In this document: positions 11,601 through 26,670 of the stretch, one piece after another
Position numbering within the stretch: the first letter of the stretch is position 1
Layout: every line of letters starts with the position of its first letter
Translations under genes and position numbers: made by a program
Notes under the pieces: generated by a model
The model's database searches: none
What the model saw: only the letters and a program-made list of their open reading frames with translations
Told to the model about the DNA's origin: nothing
Origin: the human T2T-CHM13v2.0 reference genome, Homo sapiens
DNA: 64,000 nucleotides
Reading direction: 5' to 3' (one strand)
Assembly (NCBI RefSeq): GCF_009914755.1
Contig: NC_060931.1

Positions 11601-14600
11601 AAAGTCTGCAAGTGGATATATGGACCGCATTGAGGCCTTCGTTGGAAACGGGATTTCTTCATTTCATGCTAGACAGAAGAATTCGCAGTAACTTCTTTGT
11701 GCTGTGTGTATTCAACTCACAGAGTGGAACGTCCCTTTGCACAGAGCAGATTTGAAACACTCTTTTTGTGGAGTTTGCAAGTGGAGATTTCAAGCGATTT
11801 GATGCCAACAGTAGAAAAGGAAATATCTTCAAATAAAAACTAGACAGAATCATTCTCAGAAACTACTTTGTGATGTGTGCCTTCAACTCACAGAGTTTAA
11901 CCTTTCTTTTCTTAGAGCAGTTTAGAAACACTCTGCTTGTTATGTCTGCAAGTGGATATTTGGACCTCTTTGAGGCCTTCGTTGCAAACGGGGTTTCTTC
12001 CTTTCATGCTAGACTAAGAAGAGTTCTCAGTAACTTTTTTGTGTTGTGTGTATTCAACTCACAGAGTTGAACCTTGCTTTAGAGAGAGCAGATTTGAAAC
12101 ACTCTTGCTGTGGCATTTTCAGGTGGAGATTTCAAGCGATTTGAGGACAATTGCAGAAAAGGAAATATCTTCGTATAATAACCAGACAGAATCATTCTCA
12201 GAAAGTGCTTTGTGATGTGTGCGTTCAACTCACAGAGTTTAACCTTTCTTTTCATAGAGGAGTTTGGAAACACACTGTTTGTAAAGTCTGCAAGTGGATA
12301 CATGGACCTGTTTGAGGCCTTCGTTGGAAACGGGATTTCTTCATTGAATGCTAGACGGAAGAATTCTCAGTAAATTCTTTGTGTTGTGTGCATTCAACTC
12401 ACAGAGTGGAACGTCCCTTTAGACAGAGCAGATTTGAAACACTCTTTTTGCGGAATTTGCAAGTGGAGATTTCTAGCCATTTGATGCCAACAGTAGAAAG
12501 GGAAATATCTTCAAATAAAAACCAGACAGAATCATTCTCAGAAAATTCTTTGTGATGTGTGCGTTCAACTCACATAGTTTAACCTTTCTTTTCATAGAGC
12601 AGTTTGGAAACACTCTGTTTGTAAAGTCTGCAAGTGGATATATGGACCGCATTGAGGCCTTCGTTGGAAACGGGATTTCTTCATTTCATGCTAGACAGAA
12701 GAATTCTCAGTAACTTCTTTGTGCTGTGTGTATTCAACTCACAGAGTGGAACGTCCCTTTGCACAGAGCAGATTTGAAACACTCTTTTTGTGGAGTTTGC
12801 AAGTGGAGATTTCAAGCGATTTGATGCCAACAGTAGAAAAGGAAATATCTTCAAATAAAAACTAGACAGAATCATTCTCAGAAACTACTTTGTGATGTGT
12901 GCCTTCAACTCACAGAGTTCAACCTTTCTTTTCTTAGAGCAGTTTAGAAACACTCTGCTTGTTATGTCTGCAAGTGGATATTTGGACCTCTTTGAGGCCT
13001 TCGTTGCAAACGGGGTTTCTTCCTTTCATGCTAGACTAAGAAGAGTTCTCAGTAACTTTTTTGTGTTGTGTGTATTCAACTCACAGAGTTGAACCTTGCT
13101 TTAGAGAGAGCAGATTTGAAACACTCTTGCTGTGGCATTTTCAGGTGGAGATTTCAAGCGATTTGAGGACAATTGCAGAAAAGGAAATATCTTCGTATAA
13201 TAACCAGACAGAATCATTCTCAGAAAGTGCTTTGTGATGTGTGCGTTCAACTCACAGAGTTTAACCTTTCTTTTCATAGAGGAGTTTGGAAACACACTGT
13301 TTGTAAAGTCTGCAAGTGGATACATGGACCTGTTTGAGGCCTTCGTTGGAAACGGGATTTCTTCATTGAATGCTAGACGGAAGAATTCTCAGTAAATTCT
13401 TTGTGTTGTGTGCATTCAACTCACAGAGTGGAACGTCCCTTTAGACAGAGCAGATTTGAAACACTCTTTTTGCGGAATTTGCAAGTGGAGATTTCTAGCC
13501 ATTTGATGCCAACAGTAGAAAGGGAAATATCTTCAAATAAAAACCAGACAGAATCATTCTCAGAAAATTCTTTGTGATGTGTGCGTTCAACTCACATAGT
13601 TTAACCTTTCTTTTCATAGAGCAGTTTGGAAACACTCTGTTTGTAAAGTCTGCAAGTGGATATATGGACCGCATTGAGGCCTTCGTTGGAAACGGGATTT
13701 CTTCATTTCATGCTAGACAGAAGAATTCGCAGTAACTTCTTTGTGCCGTGTGTATTCAACTCACAGAGTGGAACGTCCCTTTGCACAGAGCAGATTTGAA
13801 ACACTCTTTTTGTGGAGTTTGCAAGTGGAGATTTCAAGCGATTTGATGCCAACAGTAGAAAAGGAAATATCTTCAAATAAAAACTAGACAGAATCATTCT
13901 CAGAAACTACTTTGTGATGTGTGCCTTCAACTCACAGAGTTCAACCTTTCTTTTCTTAGAGCAGTTTAGAAACACTCTGCTTGTTATGTCTGCAAGTGGA
14001 TATTTGGACCTCTTTGAGGCCTTCGTTGCAAACGGGGTTTCTTCCTTTCATGCTAGACTAAGAAGAGTTCTCAGTAACTTTTTTGTGTTGTGTGTATTCA
14101 ACTCACAGAGTTGAACCTTGCTTTAGAGAGAGCAGATTTGAAACACTCTTGCTGTGGCATTTTCAGGTGGAGATTTCAAGCGATTTGAGGACAATTGCAG
14201 AAAAGGAAATATCTTCGTATAATAACCAGACAGAATCATTCTCAGAAAGTGCTTTGTGATGTGTGCGTTCAACTCACAGAGTTTAACCTTTCTTTTCATA
14301 GAGGAGTTTGGAAACACACTGTTTGTAAAGTCTGCAAGTGGATACATGGACCTGTTTGAGGCCTTCGTTGGAAACGGGATTTCTTCATTGAATGCTAGAC
14401 GGAAGAATTCTCAGTAAATTCTTTGTGTTGTGTGCATTCAACTCACAGAGTGGAACGTCCCTTTAGACACAGCAGATTTGAAACACTCTTTTTGCGGAAT
14501 TTGCAAGTGGAGATTTCTAGCCATTTGATGCCAACAGTAGAAAGGGAAATATCTTCAAATAAAAACTAGACAGAATCATTCTCAGCAAATTCTTTGTGAT

Positions 14601-15938
14601 GTGTGCGTTCAACTCACATAGTTTAACCTTTCTTTTCATAGAGCAGTTTGGAAACACTCTGTTTGTAAAGTCTGCAAGTGGATATATGGACCGCATTGAG
14701 GCCTTCGTTGGAAACGGGATTTCTTCATTTCATGCTAGACAGAAGAATTCTCAGTAACTTCTTTGTGCTGTGTGTATTCAACTCACAGAGTGGAACGTCC
14801 CTTTGCACAGAGCAGATTTGAAACACTCTTTTTGTGGAGTTTGCAAGTGGAGATTTCAAGCGATTTGATGCCAACAGTAGAAAAGGAAATATCTTCAAAT
14901 AAAAACTAGACAGAATCATTCTCAGAAACTACTTTGTGATGTGTGCCTTCAACTCACAGAGTTCAACCTTTCTTTTCTTAGAGCAGTTTAGAAACACTCT
15001 GCTTGTTATGTCTGCAAGTGGATATTTGGACCTCTTTGAGGCCTTCGTTGCAAACGGGGTTTCTTCCTTTCATGCTAGACTAAGAAGAGTTCTCAGTAAC
15101 TTTTTTGTGTTGTGTGTATTCAACTCACAGAGTTGAACCTTGCTTTAGAGAGAGCAGATTTGAAACACTCTTGCTGTGGCATTTTCAGGTGGAGATTTCA
15201 AGCGATTTGAGGACAATTGCAGAAAAGGAAATATCTTCGTATAATAACAAGACAGAATCATTCTCAGAAAGTGCTTTGTGATGTGTGCGTTCAACTCACA
15301 GAGTTTAACCTTTCTTTTCATAGAGGAGTTTGGAAACACACTGTTTGTAAAGTCTGCAAGTGGATACATGGACCTGTTTGAGGCCTTCGTTGGAAACGGG
15401 ATTTCTTCATTGAATGCTAGACGGAAGAATTCTCAGTAAATTCTTTGTGTTGTGTGCATTCAACTCACAGAGTGGAACGTCCCTTTAGACAGAGCAGATT
15501 TGAAACACTCTTTTTGCGGAATTTGCAAGTGGAGATTTCTAGCCATTTGATGCCAACAGTAGAAAGGGAAATATCTTCAAATAAAAACCAGACAGAATCA
15601 TTCTCAGAAAATTCTTTGTGATGTGTGCGTTCAACTCACATAGTTTAACCTTTCTTTTCATAGAGCAGTTTGGAAACACTCTGTTTGTAAAGTCTGCAAG
15701 TGGATATATGGACCGCATTGAGGCCTTCGTTGGAAACGGGATTTCTTCATTTCATGCTAGACAGAAGAATTCTCAGTAACTTCTTTGTGCTGTGTGTATT
15801 CAACTCACAGAGTGGAACGTCCCTTTGCACAGAGCAGATTTGAAACACTCTTTTTGTGGAGTTTGCAAGTGGAGATTTCAAGCGATTTGATGCCAACAGT
15901 AGAAAAGGAAATATCTTCAAATAAAAACTAGACAGAAT

Positions 15939-18900
15939 CATTCTCAGAAACTACTTTGTGATGTGTGCCTTCAACTCACAGAGTTCAACCTTTCTTTTCT
16001 TAGAGCAGTTTAGAAACACTCTGCTTGTTATGTCTGCAAGTGGATATTTGGACCTCTTTGAGGCCTTCGTTGCAAACGGGGTTTCTTCCTTTCATGCTAG
16101 ACTAAGAAGAGTTCTCAGTAACTTTTTTGTGTTGTGTGTATTCAACTCACAGAGTTGAACCTTGCTTTAGAGAGAGCAGATTTGAAACACTCTTGCTGTG
16201 GCATTTTCAGGTGGAGATTTCAAGCGATTTGAGGACAATTGCAGAAAAGGAAATATCTTCGTATAATAACCAGACAGAATCATTCTCAGAAAGTGCTTTG
16301 TGATGTGTGCGTTCAACTCACAGAGTTTAACCTTTCTTTTCATAGAGGAGTTTGGAAACACACTGTTTGTAAAGTCTGCAAGTGGATACATGGACCTGTT
16401 TGAGGCCTTCGTTGGAAACGGGATTTCTTCATTGAATGCTAGACGGAAGAATTCTCAGTAAATTCTTTTTGTTGTGTGCATTCAACTCACAGAGTGGAAC
16501 GTCCCTTTAGACAGAGCAGATTTGAAACACTCTTTTTGCGGAATTTGCAAGTGGAGATTTCTAGCCATTTGATGCCAACAGTAGAAAGGGAAATATCTTC
16601 AAATAAAAACCAGACAGAATCATTCTCAGAAAATTCTTTGTGATGTGTGCGTTCAACTCACATAGTTTAACCTTTCTTTTCATAGAGCAGTTTGGAAACA
16701 CTCTGTTTGTAAAGTCTGCAAGTGGATATATGGACCGCATTGAGGCCTTCGTTGGAAACGGGATTTCTTCATTTCATGCTAGACAGAAGAATTCTCAGTA
16801 ACTTCTTTGTGCCGTGTGTATTCAACTCACAGAGTGGAACGTCCCTTTGCACAGAGCAGATTTGAAACACTCTTTTTGTGGAGTTTGCAAGTGGAGATTT
16901 CAAGCGATTTGATGCCAACAGTAGAAAAGGAAATATCTTCAAATAAAAACTAGACAGAATCATTCTCAGAAACTACTTTGTGATGTGTGCCTTCAACTCA
17001 CAGAGTTCAACCTTTCTTTTCTTAGAGCAGTTTAGAAACACTCTGTTTGTTATGTCTGCAAGTGGATATTTGGACCTCTTTGAGGCCTTCGTTGCAAACG
17101 GGGTTTCTTCCTTTCATGCTAGACTAAGAAGAGTTCTCAGTAACTTTTTTGTGTTGTGTGTATTCAACTCACAGAGTTGAACCTTGCTTTAGAGAGAGCA
17201 GATTTGAAACACTCTTGCTGTGGCATTTTCAGGTGGAGATTTCAAGCGATTTGAGGACAATTGCAGAAAAGGAAATATCTTCGTATAATAACCAGACAGA
17301 ATCATTCTCAGAAAGTGCTTTGTGATGTGTGCGTTCAACTCACAGAGTTTAACCTTTCTTTTCATAGAGGAGTTTGGAAACACACTGTTTGTAAAGTCTG
17401 CAAGTGGATACATGGACCTGTTTGAGGCCTTCGTTGGAAACGGGATTTCTTCATTGAATGCTAGACGGAAGAATTCTCAGTAAATTCTTTGTGTTGTGTG
17501 CATTCAACTCACAGAGTGGAACGTCCCTTTAGACAGAGCAGATTTGAAACACTCTTTTTTCGGAATTTGCAAGTGGAGATTTCTAGCCATTTGATGCCAA
17601 CAGTAGAAAGGGAAATATCTTCAAATAAAAACTAGACAGAATCATTCTCAGAAAATTCTTTGTGATGTGTGCCTTCAACTCACAGAGTTTAACCTTTCTT
17701 TTCTTAGAGCAGTTTAGAAACACTCTGCTTGTTATGTCTGCAAGTGGATATTTGGACCTCTTTGAGGCCTTCGTTGCAAACGGGGTTTCTTCCTTTCATG
17801 CTAGACTAAGAAGAGTTCTCAGTAACTTTTTTGTGTTGTGTGTATTCAACTCACAGAGTTGAACCTTGCTTTAGAGAGAGCAGATTTGAAACACTCTTGC
17901 TGTGGCATTTTCAGGTGGAGATTTCAAGCGATTTGAGGACAATTGCAGAAAAGGAAATATCTTCGTATAATAACCAGACAGAATCATTCTCAGAAAGTGC
18001 TTTGTGATGTGTGCGTTCAACTCACAGAGTTTAACCTTTCTTTTCATAGAGGAGTTTGGAAACACACTGTTTGTAAAGACTGCAAGTGGATATATGGACC
18101 TGTTTGAGGCCTTCGTTGGAAACGGGATTTCTTCATTGAATGCTAGACGGAAGAATTCTCAGTAAATTCTTTGTGTTGTGTGCATTCAACTCACAGAGTG
18201 GAACGTCCCTTTAGACAGAGCAGATTTGAAACACTCTTTTTGCGGAATTTGCAAGTGGAGATTTCTAGCCATTTGATGCCAACAGTAGAAAGGGAAATAT
18301 CTTCAAATAAAAACCAGACAGAATCATTCTCAGAAAATTCTTTGTGATGTGTGCGTTCAACTCACATAGTTTAACCTTTCTTTTCATAGAGCAGTTTGGA
18401 AACACTCTGTTTGTAAAGTCTGCAAGTGGATATATGGACCGCATTGAGGCCTTCGTTGGAAACGGGATTTCTTCATTTCATGCTAGACAGAAGAATTCTC
18501 AGTAACTTCTTTGTGCCGTGTGTATTCAACTCACAGAGTGGAACGTCCCTTTGCACAGAGCAGATTTGAAACACTCTTTTTGTGGAGTTTGCAAGTGGAG
18601 ATTTCAAGCGATTTGATGCCAACAGTAGAAAAGGAAATATCTTCAAATAAAAACTAGACAGAATCATTCTCAGAAACTACTTTGTGATGTGTGCCTTCAA
18701 CTCACAGAGTTTAACCTTTCTTTTCTTAGAGCAGTTTAGAAACACTCTGCTTGTTATGTCTGCAAGTGGATATTTGGACCTCTTTGAGGCCTTCGTTGCA
18801 AACGGGGTTTCTTCCTTTCATGCTAGACTAAGAAGAGTTCTCAGTAACTTTTTTGTGTTGTGTGTATTCAACTCACAGAGTTGAACCTTGCTTTAGAGAG

Positions 18901-21900
18901 AGCAGATTTGAAACACTCTTGCTGTGGCATTTTCAGGTGGAGATTTCAAGCGATTTGAGGACAATTGCAGAAAAGGAAATATCTTCGTATAATAACCAGA
19001 CAGAATCATTCTCAGAAAGTGCTTTGTGATGTGTGCGTTCAACTCACAGAGTTTAACCTTTCTTTTCATAGAGGAGTTTGGAAACACACTGTTTGTAAAG
19101 TCTGCAAGTGGATATATGGACCTGTTTGAGGCCTTCGTTGGAAACGGGATTTCTTCATTGAATGCTAGACGGAAGAATTCTCAGTAAATTCTTTGTGTTG
19201 TGTGCATTCAACTCACAGAGTGGAACGTCCCTTTAGACAGAGCAGATTTGAAACACTCTTTTTGCGGAATTTGCAAGTGGAGATTTCTAGCCATTTGATG
19301 CCAACAGTAGAAAGGGAAATATCTTCAAATAAAAACCAGACAGAATCATTCTCAGAAAATTCTTTGTGATGTGTGCGTTCAACTCACATAGTTTAACCTT
19401 TCTTTTCATAGAGCAGTTTGGAAACACTCTGTTTGTAAAGTCTGCAAGTGGATATATGGACCGCATTGAGGCCTTCGTTGGAAACGGGATTTCTTCATTT
19501 CATGCTAGACAGAAGAATTCTCAGTAACTTCTTTGTGCCGTGTGTATTCAACTCACAGAGTGGAACGTCCCTTTGCACAGAGCAGATTTGAAACACTCTT
19601 TTTGTGGAGTTTGCAAGTGGAGATTTCAAGCGATTTGATGCCAACAGTAGAAAAGGAAATATCTTCAAATAAAAACTAGACAGAATCATTCTCAGAAACT
19701 ACTTTGTGATGTGTGCCTTCAACTCACAGAGTTTAACCTTTCTTTTCTTAGAGCAGTTTAGAAACACTCTGCTTGTTATGTCTGCAAGTGGATATTTGGA
19801 CCTCTTTGAGGCCTTCGTTGCAAACGGGGTTTCTTCCTTTCATGCTAGACTAAGAAGAGTTCTCAGTAACTTTTTTGTGTTGTGTGTATTCAACTCACAG
19901 AGTTGAACCTTGCTTTAGAGAGAGCAGATTTGAAACACTCTTGCTGTGGCATTTTCAGGTGGAGATTTCAAGCGATTTGAGGACAATTGCAGAAAAGGAA
20001 ATATCTTCGTATAATAACCAGACAGAATCATTCTCAGAAAGTGCTTTGTGATGTGTGCGTTCAACTCACAGAGTTTAACCTTTCTTTTCATAGAGGAGTT
20101 TGGAAACACACTGTTTGTAAAGTCTGCAAGTGGATATATGGACCTGTTTGAGGCCTTCGTTGGAAACGGGATTTCTTCATTGAATGCTAGACGGAAGAAT
20201 TCTCAGTAAATTCTTTGTGTTGTGTGCATTCAACTCACAGAGTGGAACGTCCCTTTAGACAGAGCAGATTTGAAACACTCTTTTTGCGGAATTTGCAAGT
20301 GGAGATTTCTAGCCATTTGATGCCAACAGTAGAAAGGGAAATATCTTCAAATAAAAACCAGACAGAATCATTCTCAGAAAATTCTTTGTGATGTGTGCGT
20401 TCAACTCACATAGTTTAACCTTTCTTTTCATAGAGCAGTTTGGAAACACTCTGTTTGTAAAGTCTGCAAGTGGATATATGGACCGCATTGAGGCCTTCGT
20501 TGGAAACGGGATTTCTTCATTTCATGCTAGACAGAAGAATTCTCAGTAACTTCTTTGTGCTGTGTGTATTCAACTCACAGAGTGGAACGTCCCTTTGCAC
20601 AGAGCAGATTTGAAACACTCTTTTTGTGGAGTTTGCAAGTGGAGATTTCAAGCGATTTGATGCCAACAGTAGAAAAGGAAATATCTTCAAATAAAAACTA
20701 GACAGAATCATTCTCAGAAACTACTTTGTGATGTGTGCCTTCAACTCACAGAGTTTAACCTTTCTTTTCTTAGAGCAGTTTAGAAACACTCTGCTTGTTA
20801 TGTCTGCAAGTGGATATTTGGACCTCTTTGAGGCCTTCGTTGCAAACGGGGTTTCTTCCTTTCATGCTAGACTAAGAAGAGTTCTCAGTAACTTTTTTGT
20901 GTTGTGTGTATTCAACTCACAGAGTTGAACCTTGCTTTAGAGAGAGCAGATTTGAAACACTCTTGCTGTGGCATTTTCAGGTGGAGATTTCAAGCGATTT
21001 GAGGACAATTGCAGAAAAGGAAATATCTTCGTATAATAACCAGACAGAATCATTCTCAGAAAGTGCTTTGTGATGTGTGCGTTCAACTCACAGAGTTTAA
21101 CCTTTCTTTTCATAGAGGAGTTTGGAAACACACTGTTTGTAAAGTCTGCAAGTGGATATATGGACCTGTTTGAGGCCTTCGTTGGAAACGGGATTTCTTC
21201 ATTGAATGCTAGACGGAAGAATTCTCAGTAAATTCTTTGTGTTGTGTGCATTCAACTCACAGAGTGGAACGTCCCTTTAGACAGAGCAGATTTGGAACAC
21301 TCTTTTTGCGGAATTTGCAAGTGGAGATTTCTAGCCATTTGATGCCAACAGTAGAAAGGGAAATATCTTCAAATAAAAACCAGACAGAATCATTCTCAGA
21401 AAATTCTTTGTGATGTGTGCGTTCAACTCACATAGTTTAACCTTTCTTTTCATAGAGCAGTTTGGAAACACTCTGTTTGTAAAGTCTGCAAGTGGATATA
21501 TGGACCGCATTGAGGCCTTCGTTGGAAACGGGATTTCTTCATTTCATGCTAGACAGAAGAATTCTCAGTAACTTCTTTGTGCTGTGTGTATTCAACTCAC
21601 AGAGTGGAACGTCCCTTTGCACAGAGCAGATTTGAAACACTCTTTTTGTGGAGTTTGCAAGTGGAGATTTCAAGCGATTTGATGCCAACAGTAGAAAAGG
21701 AAATATCTTCAAATAAAAACTAGACAGAATCATTCTCAGAAACTACTTTGTGATGTGTGCCTTCAACTCACAGAGTTCAACCTTTCTTTTCTTAGAGCAG
21801 TTTAGAAACACTCTGCTTGTTATGTCTGCAAGTGGATATTTGGACCTCTTTGAGGCCTTCGTTGCAAACGGGGTTTCTTCCTTTCATGCTAGACTAAGAA

Positions 21901-24900
21901 GAGTTCTCAGTAACTTTTTTGTGTTGTGTGTATTCAACTCACAGAGTTGAACCTTGCTTTAGAGAGAGCAGATTTGAAACACTCTTGCTGTGGCATTTTC
22001 AGGTGGAGATTTCAAGCGATTTGAGGACAATTGCAGAAAAGGAAATATCTTCGTATAATAACCAGACAGAATCATTCTCAGAAAGTGCTTTGTGATGTGT
22101 GCGTTCAACTCACAGAGTTTAACCTTTCTTTTCATAGAGGAGTTTGGAAACACACTGTTTGTAAAGTCTGCAAGTGGATACATGGACCTGTTTGAGGCCT
22201 TCGTTGGAAACGGGATTTCTTCATTGAATGCTAGACGGAAGAATTCTCAGTAAATTCTTTGTGTTGTGTGCATTCAACTCACAGAGTGGAACGTCCCTTT
22301 AGACAGAGCAGATTTGAAACACTCTTTTTGCGGAATTTGCAAGTGGAGATTTCTAGCCATTTGATGCCAACAGTAGAAAGGGAAATATCTTCAAATAAAA
22401 ACCAGACAGAATCATTCTCAGCAAATTCTTTGTGATGTGTGCGTTCAACTCACATAGTTTAACCTTTCTTTTCATAGAGCAGTTTGGAAACACTCTGTTT
22501 GTAAAGTCTGCAAGTGGATATATGGACCGCATTGAGGCCTTCGTTGGAAACGGGATTTCTTCATTTCATGCTAGACAGAAGAATTCTCAGTAACTTCTTT
22601 GTGCTGTGTGTATTCAACTCACAGAGTGGAACGTCCCTTTGCACAGAGCAGATTTGAAACACTCTTTTTGTGGAGTTTGCAAGTGGAGATTTCAAGCGAT
22701 TTGATGCCAACAGTAGAAAAGGAAATATCTTCAAATAAAAACTAGACAGAATCATTCTCAGAAACTACTTTGTGATGTGTGCCTTCAACTCACAGAGTTT
22801 AACCTTTCTTTTCTTAGAGCAGTTTAGAAACACTCTGCTTGTTATGTCTGCAAGTGGATATTTGGACCTCTTTGAGGCCTTCGTTGCAAACGGGTTTTCT
22901 TCCTTTCATGCTAGACTAAGAAGAGTTCTCAGTAACTTTTTTGTGTTGTGTGTATTCAACTCACAGAGTTGAACCTTGCTTTAGAGAGAGCAGATTTGAA
23001 ACACTCTTGCTGTGGCATTTTCAGCTGGAGATTTCAAGCGATTTGAGGACAATTGCAGAAAAGGAAATATCTTCGTATAATAACCAGACAGAATCATTCT
23101 CAGAAAGTGCTTTGTGATGTGTGCGTTCAACTCACAGAGTTTAACCTTTCTTTTCATAGAGGAGTTTGGAAACACACTGTTTGTAAAGTCTGCAAGTGGA
23201 TACATGGACCTGTTTGAGGCCTTCGTTGGAAACGGGATTTCTTCATTGAATGCTAGACGGAAGAATTCTCAGTAAATTCTTTGTGTTGTGTGCATTCAAC
23301 TCACAGAGTGGAACGTCCCTTTAGACAGAGCAGATTTGAAACACTCTTTTTGCGGAATTTGCAAGTGGAGATTTCTAGCCATTTGATGCCAACAGTAGAA
23401 AGGGAAATATCTTCAAATAAAAACCAGACAGAATCATTCTCAGAAAATTCTTTGTGATGTGTGCGTTCAACTCACATAGTTTAACCTTTCTTTTCATAGA
23501 GCAGTTTGGAAACACTCTGTTTGTAAAGTCTGCAAGTGGATATATGGACCGCATTGAGGCCTTCGTTGGAAACGGGATTTCTTCATTTCATGCTAGACAG
23601 AAGAATTCTCAGTAACTTCTTTGTGCTGTGTGTATTCAACTCACAGAGTGGAACGTCCCTTTGCACAGAGCAGATTTGAAACACTCTTTTTGTGGAGTTT
23701 GCAAGTGGAGATTTCAAGCGATTTGATGCCAACAGTAGAAAAGGAAATATCTTCAAATAGAAACTAGACAGAATCATTCTCAGAAACTACTTTGTGATGT
23801 GTGCCTTCAACTCACAGAGTTTAACCTTTCTTTTCTTAGAGCAGTTTAGAAACACTCTGCTTGTTATGTCTGCAAGTGGATATTTGGACCTCTTTGAGGC
23901 CTTCGTTGCAAACGGGGTTTCTTCCTTTCATGCTAGACTAAGAAGAGTTCTCAGTAACTTTTTTGTGTTGTGTGTATTCAACTCACAGAGTTGAACCTTG
24001 CTTTAGAGAGAGCAGATTTGAAACACTCTTGCTGTGGCATTTTCAGGTGGAGATTTCAAGCGATTTGAGGACAATTGCAGAAAAGGAAATATCTTCGTAT
24101 AATAACCAGACAGAATCATTCTCAGAAAGTGCTTTGTGATGTGTGCGTTCAACTCACAGAGTTTAACCTTTCTTTTCATAGAGGAGTTTGGAAACACACT
24201 GTTTGTAAAGTCTGCAAGTGGATATATGGACCTGTTTGAGGCCTTCGTTGGAAACGGGATTTCTTCATTGAATGCTAGACGGAAGAATTCTCAGTAAATT
24301 CTTTGTGTTGTGTGCATTCAACTCACAGAGTGGAACGTCCCTTTAGACACAGCAGATTTGAAACACTCTTTTTGCGGAATTTGCAAGTGGAGATTTCTAG
24401 CCATTTGATGCCAACAGTAGAAAGGGAAATATCTTCAAATAAAAACCAGACAGAATCATTCTCAGAAAATTCTTTGTGATGTGTGCGTTCAACTCACATA
24501 GTTTAACCTTTCTTTTCATAGAGCAGTTTGGAAACACTCTGTTTGTAAAGTCTGCAAGTGGATATATGGACCGCATTGAGGCCTTCGTTGGAAACGGGAT
24601 TTCTTCATTTCATGCTAGACAGAAGAATTCTCAGTAACTTCTTTGTGCTGTGTGTATTCAACTCACAGAGTGGAACGTCCCTTTGCACAGAGCAGATTTG
24701 AAACACTCTTTTTGTGGAGTTTGCAAGTGGAGATTTCAAGCGATTTGATGCCAACAGTAGAAAAGGAAATATCTTCAAATAAAAACTAGACAGAATCATT
24801 CTCAGAAACTACTTTGTGATGTGTGCCTTCAACTCACAGAGTTCAACCTTTCTTTTCTTAGAGCAGTTTAGAAACACTCTGCTTGTTATGTCTGCAAGTG

Positions 24901-26670
24901 GATATTTGGACCTCTTTGAGGCCTTCGTTGCAAACGGGGTTTCTTCCTTTCATGCTAGACTAAGAAGAGTTCTCAGTAACTTTTTTGTGTTGTGTGTATT
25001 CAACTCACAGAGTTGAACCTTGCTTTAGAGAGAGCAGATTTGAAACACTCTTGCTGTGGCATTTTCAGGTGGAGATTTCAAGCGATTTGAGGACAATTGC
25101 AGAAAAGGAAATATCTTCGTATAATAACCAGACAGAATCATTCTCAGAAAGTGCTTTGTGATGTGTGCGTTCAACTCACAGAGTTTAACCTTTCTTTTCA
25201 TAGAGGAGTTTGGAAACACACTGTTTGTAAAGTCTGCAAGTGGATACATGGACCTGTTTGAGGCCTTCGTTGGAAACGGGATTTCTTCATTGAATGCTAG
25301 ACGGAAGAATTCTCAGTAAATTCTTTGTGTTGTGTGCATTCAACTCACAGAGTGGAACGTCCCTTTAGACAGAGCAGATTTGAAACACTCTTTTTGCGGA
25401 ATTTGCAAGTGGAGATTTCTAGCCATTTGATGCCAACAGTAGAAAGGGAAATATCTTCAAATAAAAACCAGACAGAATCATTCTCAGAAAATTCTTTGTG
25501 ATGTGTGCGTTCAACTCACATAGTTTAACCTTTCTTTTCATAGAGCAGTTTGGAAACACTCTGTTTGTAAAGTCTGCAAGTGGATATATGGACCGCATTG
25601 AGGCCTTCGTTGGAAACGGGATTTCTTCATTTCATGCTAGACAGAAGAATTCTCAGTAACTTCTTTGTGCTGTGTGTATTCAACTCACAGAGTGGAACGT
25701 CCCTTTGCACAGAGCAGATTTGAAACACTCTTTTTGTGGAGTTTGCAAGTGGAGATTTCAAGCGATTTGATGCCAACAGTAGAAAAGGAAATATCTTCAA
25801 ATAAAAACTAGACAGAATCATTCTCAGAAACTACTTTGTGATGTGTGCCTTCAACTCACAGAGTTTAACCTTTCTTTTCTTAGAGCAGTTTAGAAACACT
25901 CTGCTTGTTATGTCTGCAAGTGGATATTTGGACCTCTTTGAGGCCTTCGTTGCAAACGGGGTTTCTTCCTTTCATGCTAGACTAAGAAGAGTTCTCAGTA
26001 ACTTTTTTGTGTTGTGTGTATTCAACTCACAGAGTTGAACCTTGCTTTAGAGAGAGCAGATTTGAAACACTCTTGCTGTGGCATTTTCAGGTGGAGATTT
26101 CAAGCGATTTGAGGACAATTGCAGAAAAGGAAATATCTTCGTATAATAACCAGACAGAATCATTCTCAGAAAGTGCTTTGTGATGTGTGCGTTCAACTCA
26201 CAGAGTTTAACCTTTCTTTTCATAGAGGAGTTTGGAAACACACTGTTTGTAAAGTCTGCAAGTGGATACATGGACCTGTTTGAGGCCTTCGTTGGAAACG
26301 GGATTTCTTCATTGAATGCTAGACGGAAGAATTCTCAGTAAATTCTTTGTGTTGTGTGCATTCAACTCACAGAGTGGAACGTCCCTTTAGACAGAGCAGA
26401 TTTGAAACACTCTTTTTGCGGAATTTGCAAGTGGAGATTTCTAGCCATTTGATGCCAACAGTAGAAAGGGAAATATCTTCAAATAAAAACCAGACAGAAT
26501 CATTCTCAGAAAATTCTTTGTGATGTGTGCGTTCAACTCACATAGTTTAACCTTTCTTTTCATAGAGCAGTTTGGAAACACTCTGTTTGTAAAGTCTGCA
26601 AGTGGATATATGGACCGCATTGAGGCCTTCGTTGGAAACGGGATTTCTTCATTTCATGCTAGACAGAAGA
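15939..26670 (+). repeat. Multi-HOR duplicated block A, copy 2
   Basis: Same variants at 17046, 17560, 18079, 21295, 22422, 22895, 23760, 24350. Differences seen only at 16469 and 23025. Confidence 0.88.
16961..17642 (+). repeat. 4-mer HOR structural variant (682 bp), copy of 1971-2652
   Basis: ORF spacing 16980->17662 is 682; same junction and same private variants (17046 T, 17560 T). Confidence 0.95.

Larger units (their letters stand above)
949..11680 (+). repeat. Multi-HOR duplicated block A, copy 1 (partner at +14,990)
   Basis: Rare variants at 2056, 2570, 3089, 6305, 7432, 7905, 8770, 9360 and the 4-mer all recur at +14,990. Boundaries are approximate. Confidence 0.88.
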
